A stretch of 32,000 bases of DNA, from positions 353,255 through 385,254 of the forward strand of contig NC_009943.1 in NCBI RefSeq assembly GCF_000018405.1. The letters run 5' to 3'. The notes under the pieces were generated by a model. It worked only from the letters and a program-made list of their open reading frames with translations, was not told the origin of the DNA and searched no databases. Of the stretch, positions 31,952-32,000 are shown in pieces (within the stretch, counting starts at the first letter, position 1; each line of letters begins with the position of its first letter). This stretch comes from Desulfosudis oleivorans Hxd3 (GTDB lineage Bacteria > Desulfobacterota > Desulfobacteria > Desulfobacterales > Desulfosudaceae). A program made the translations under genes and the position numbers.

Positions 31952-32000
31952 TTTGTTTTCCTTTCTGGACATTCTCCGCTTTAGCGGATGTACAGGGTCC

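Overview
GC-rich chromosomal window (GC judged by eye, not computed). The gene content suggests an anaerobic, sulfate-reducer-like Desulfobacterota bacterium; that is inference. Left to right: the 3' end of an rnf operon (rnfG'-E-A-B); an orphan cytoplasmic molybdopterin oxidoreductase; a converging acyl-CoA synthetase and tatD; nfnA-nfnB; an IscU-like scaffold; a hypothetical gene; a lepB plus membrane-anchored partner operon; two CsgG-like/TPR lipoproteins; a metallophosphoesterase; a membrane GGDEF diguanylate cyclase; a small ABM-fold protein; a noncoding tandem array; a DHH/DHHA1 phosphoesterase; a minus-strand XRE-pilM-N-O-P-Q operon ending in a large Ig-like-repeat lipoprotein; one more lipoprotein; and an MBL-fold hydrolase. 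The standout feature is the 1,019-bp array at 18776-19794. It holds 10 full copies and 1 truncated copy of a 95-bp unit. Each unit is a 69-nt multi-stem hairpin (10-bp closing helix, GUAA-looped hairpin, second GC hairpin) plus a 26-nt purine-rich linker. It is not coding and not a conventional CRISPR, and I do not recognise it as a known RNA family. I flag it as a candidate array of structured RNAs or a BIME-like palindrome cluster. Intergenic regions also carry several dispersed repeat families: hexamer-periodic (ATCGNN)n tracts at three loci, a ~125-bp MITE-like element with 17-bp terminal inverted repeats (two copies plus a degenerate third), GTCATTGCGAG...GCGAAGCAATC palindromic elements, and long GC hairpins. 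No rRNA, tRNA, cas, transposase or reverse transcriptase genes were seen.
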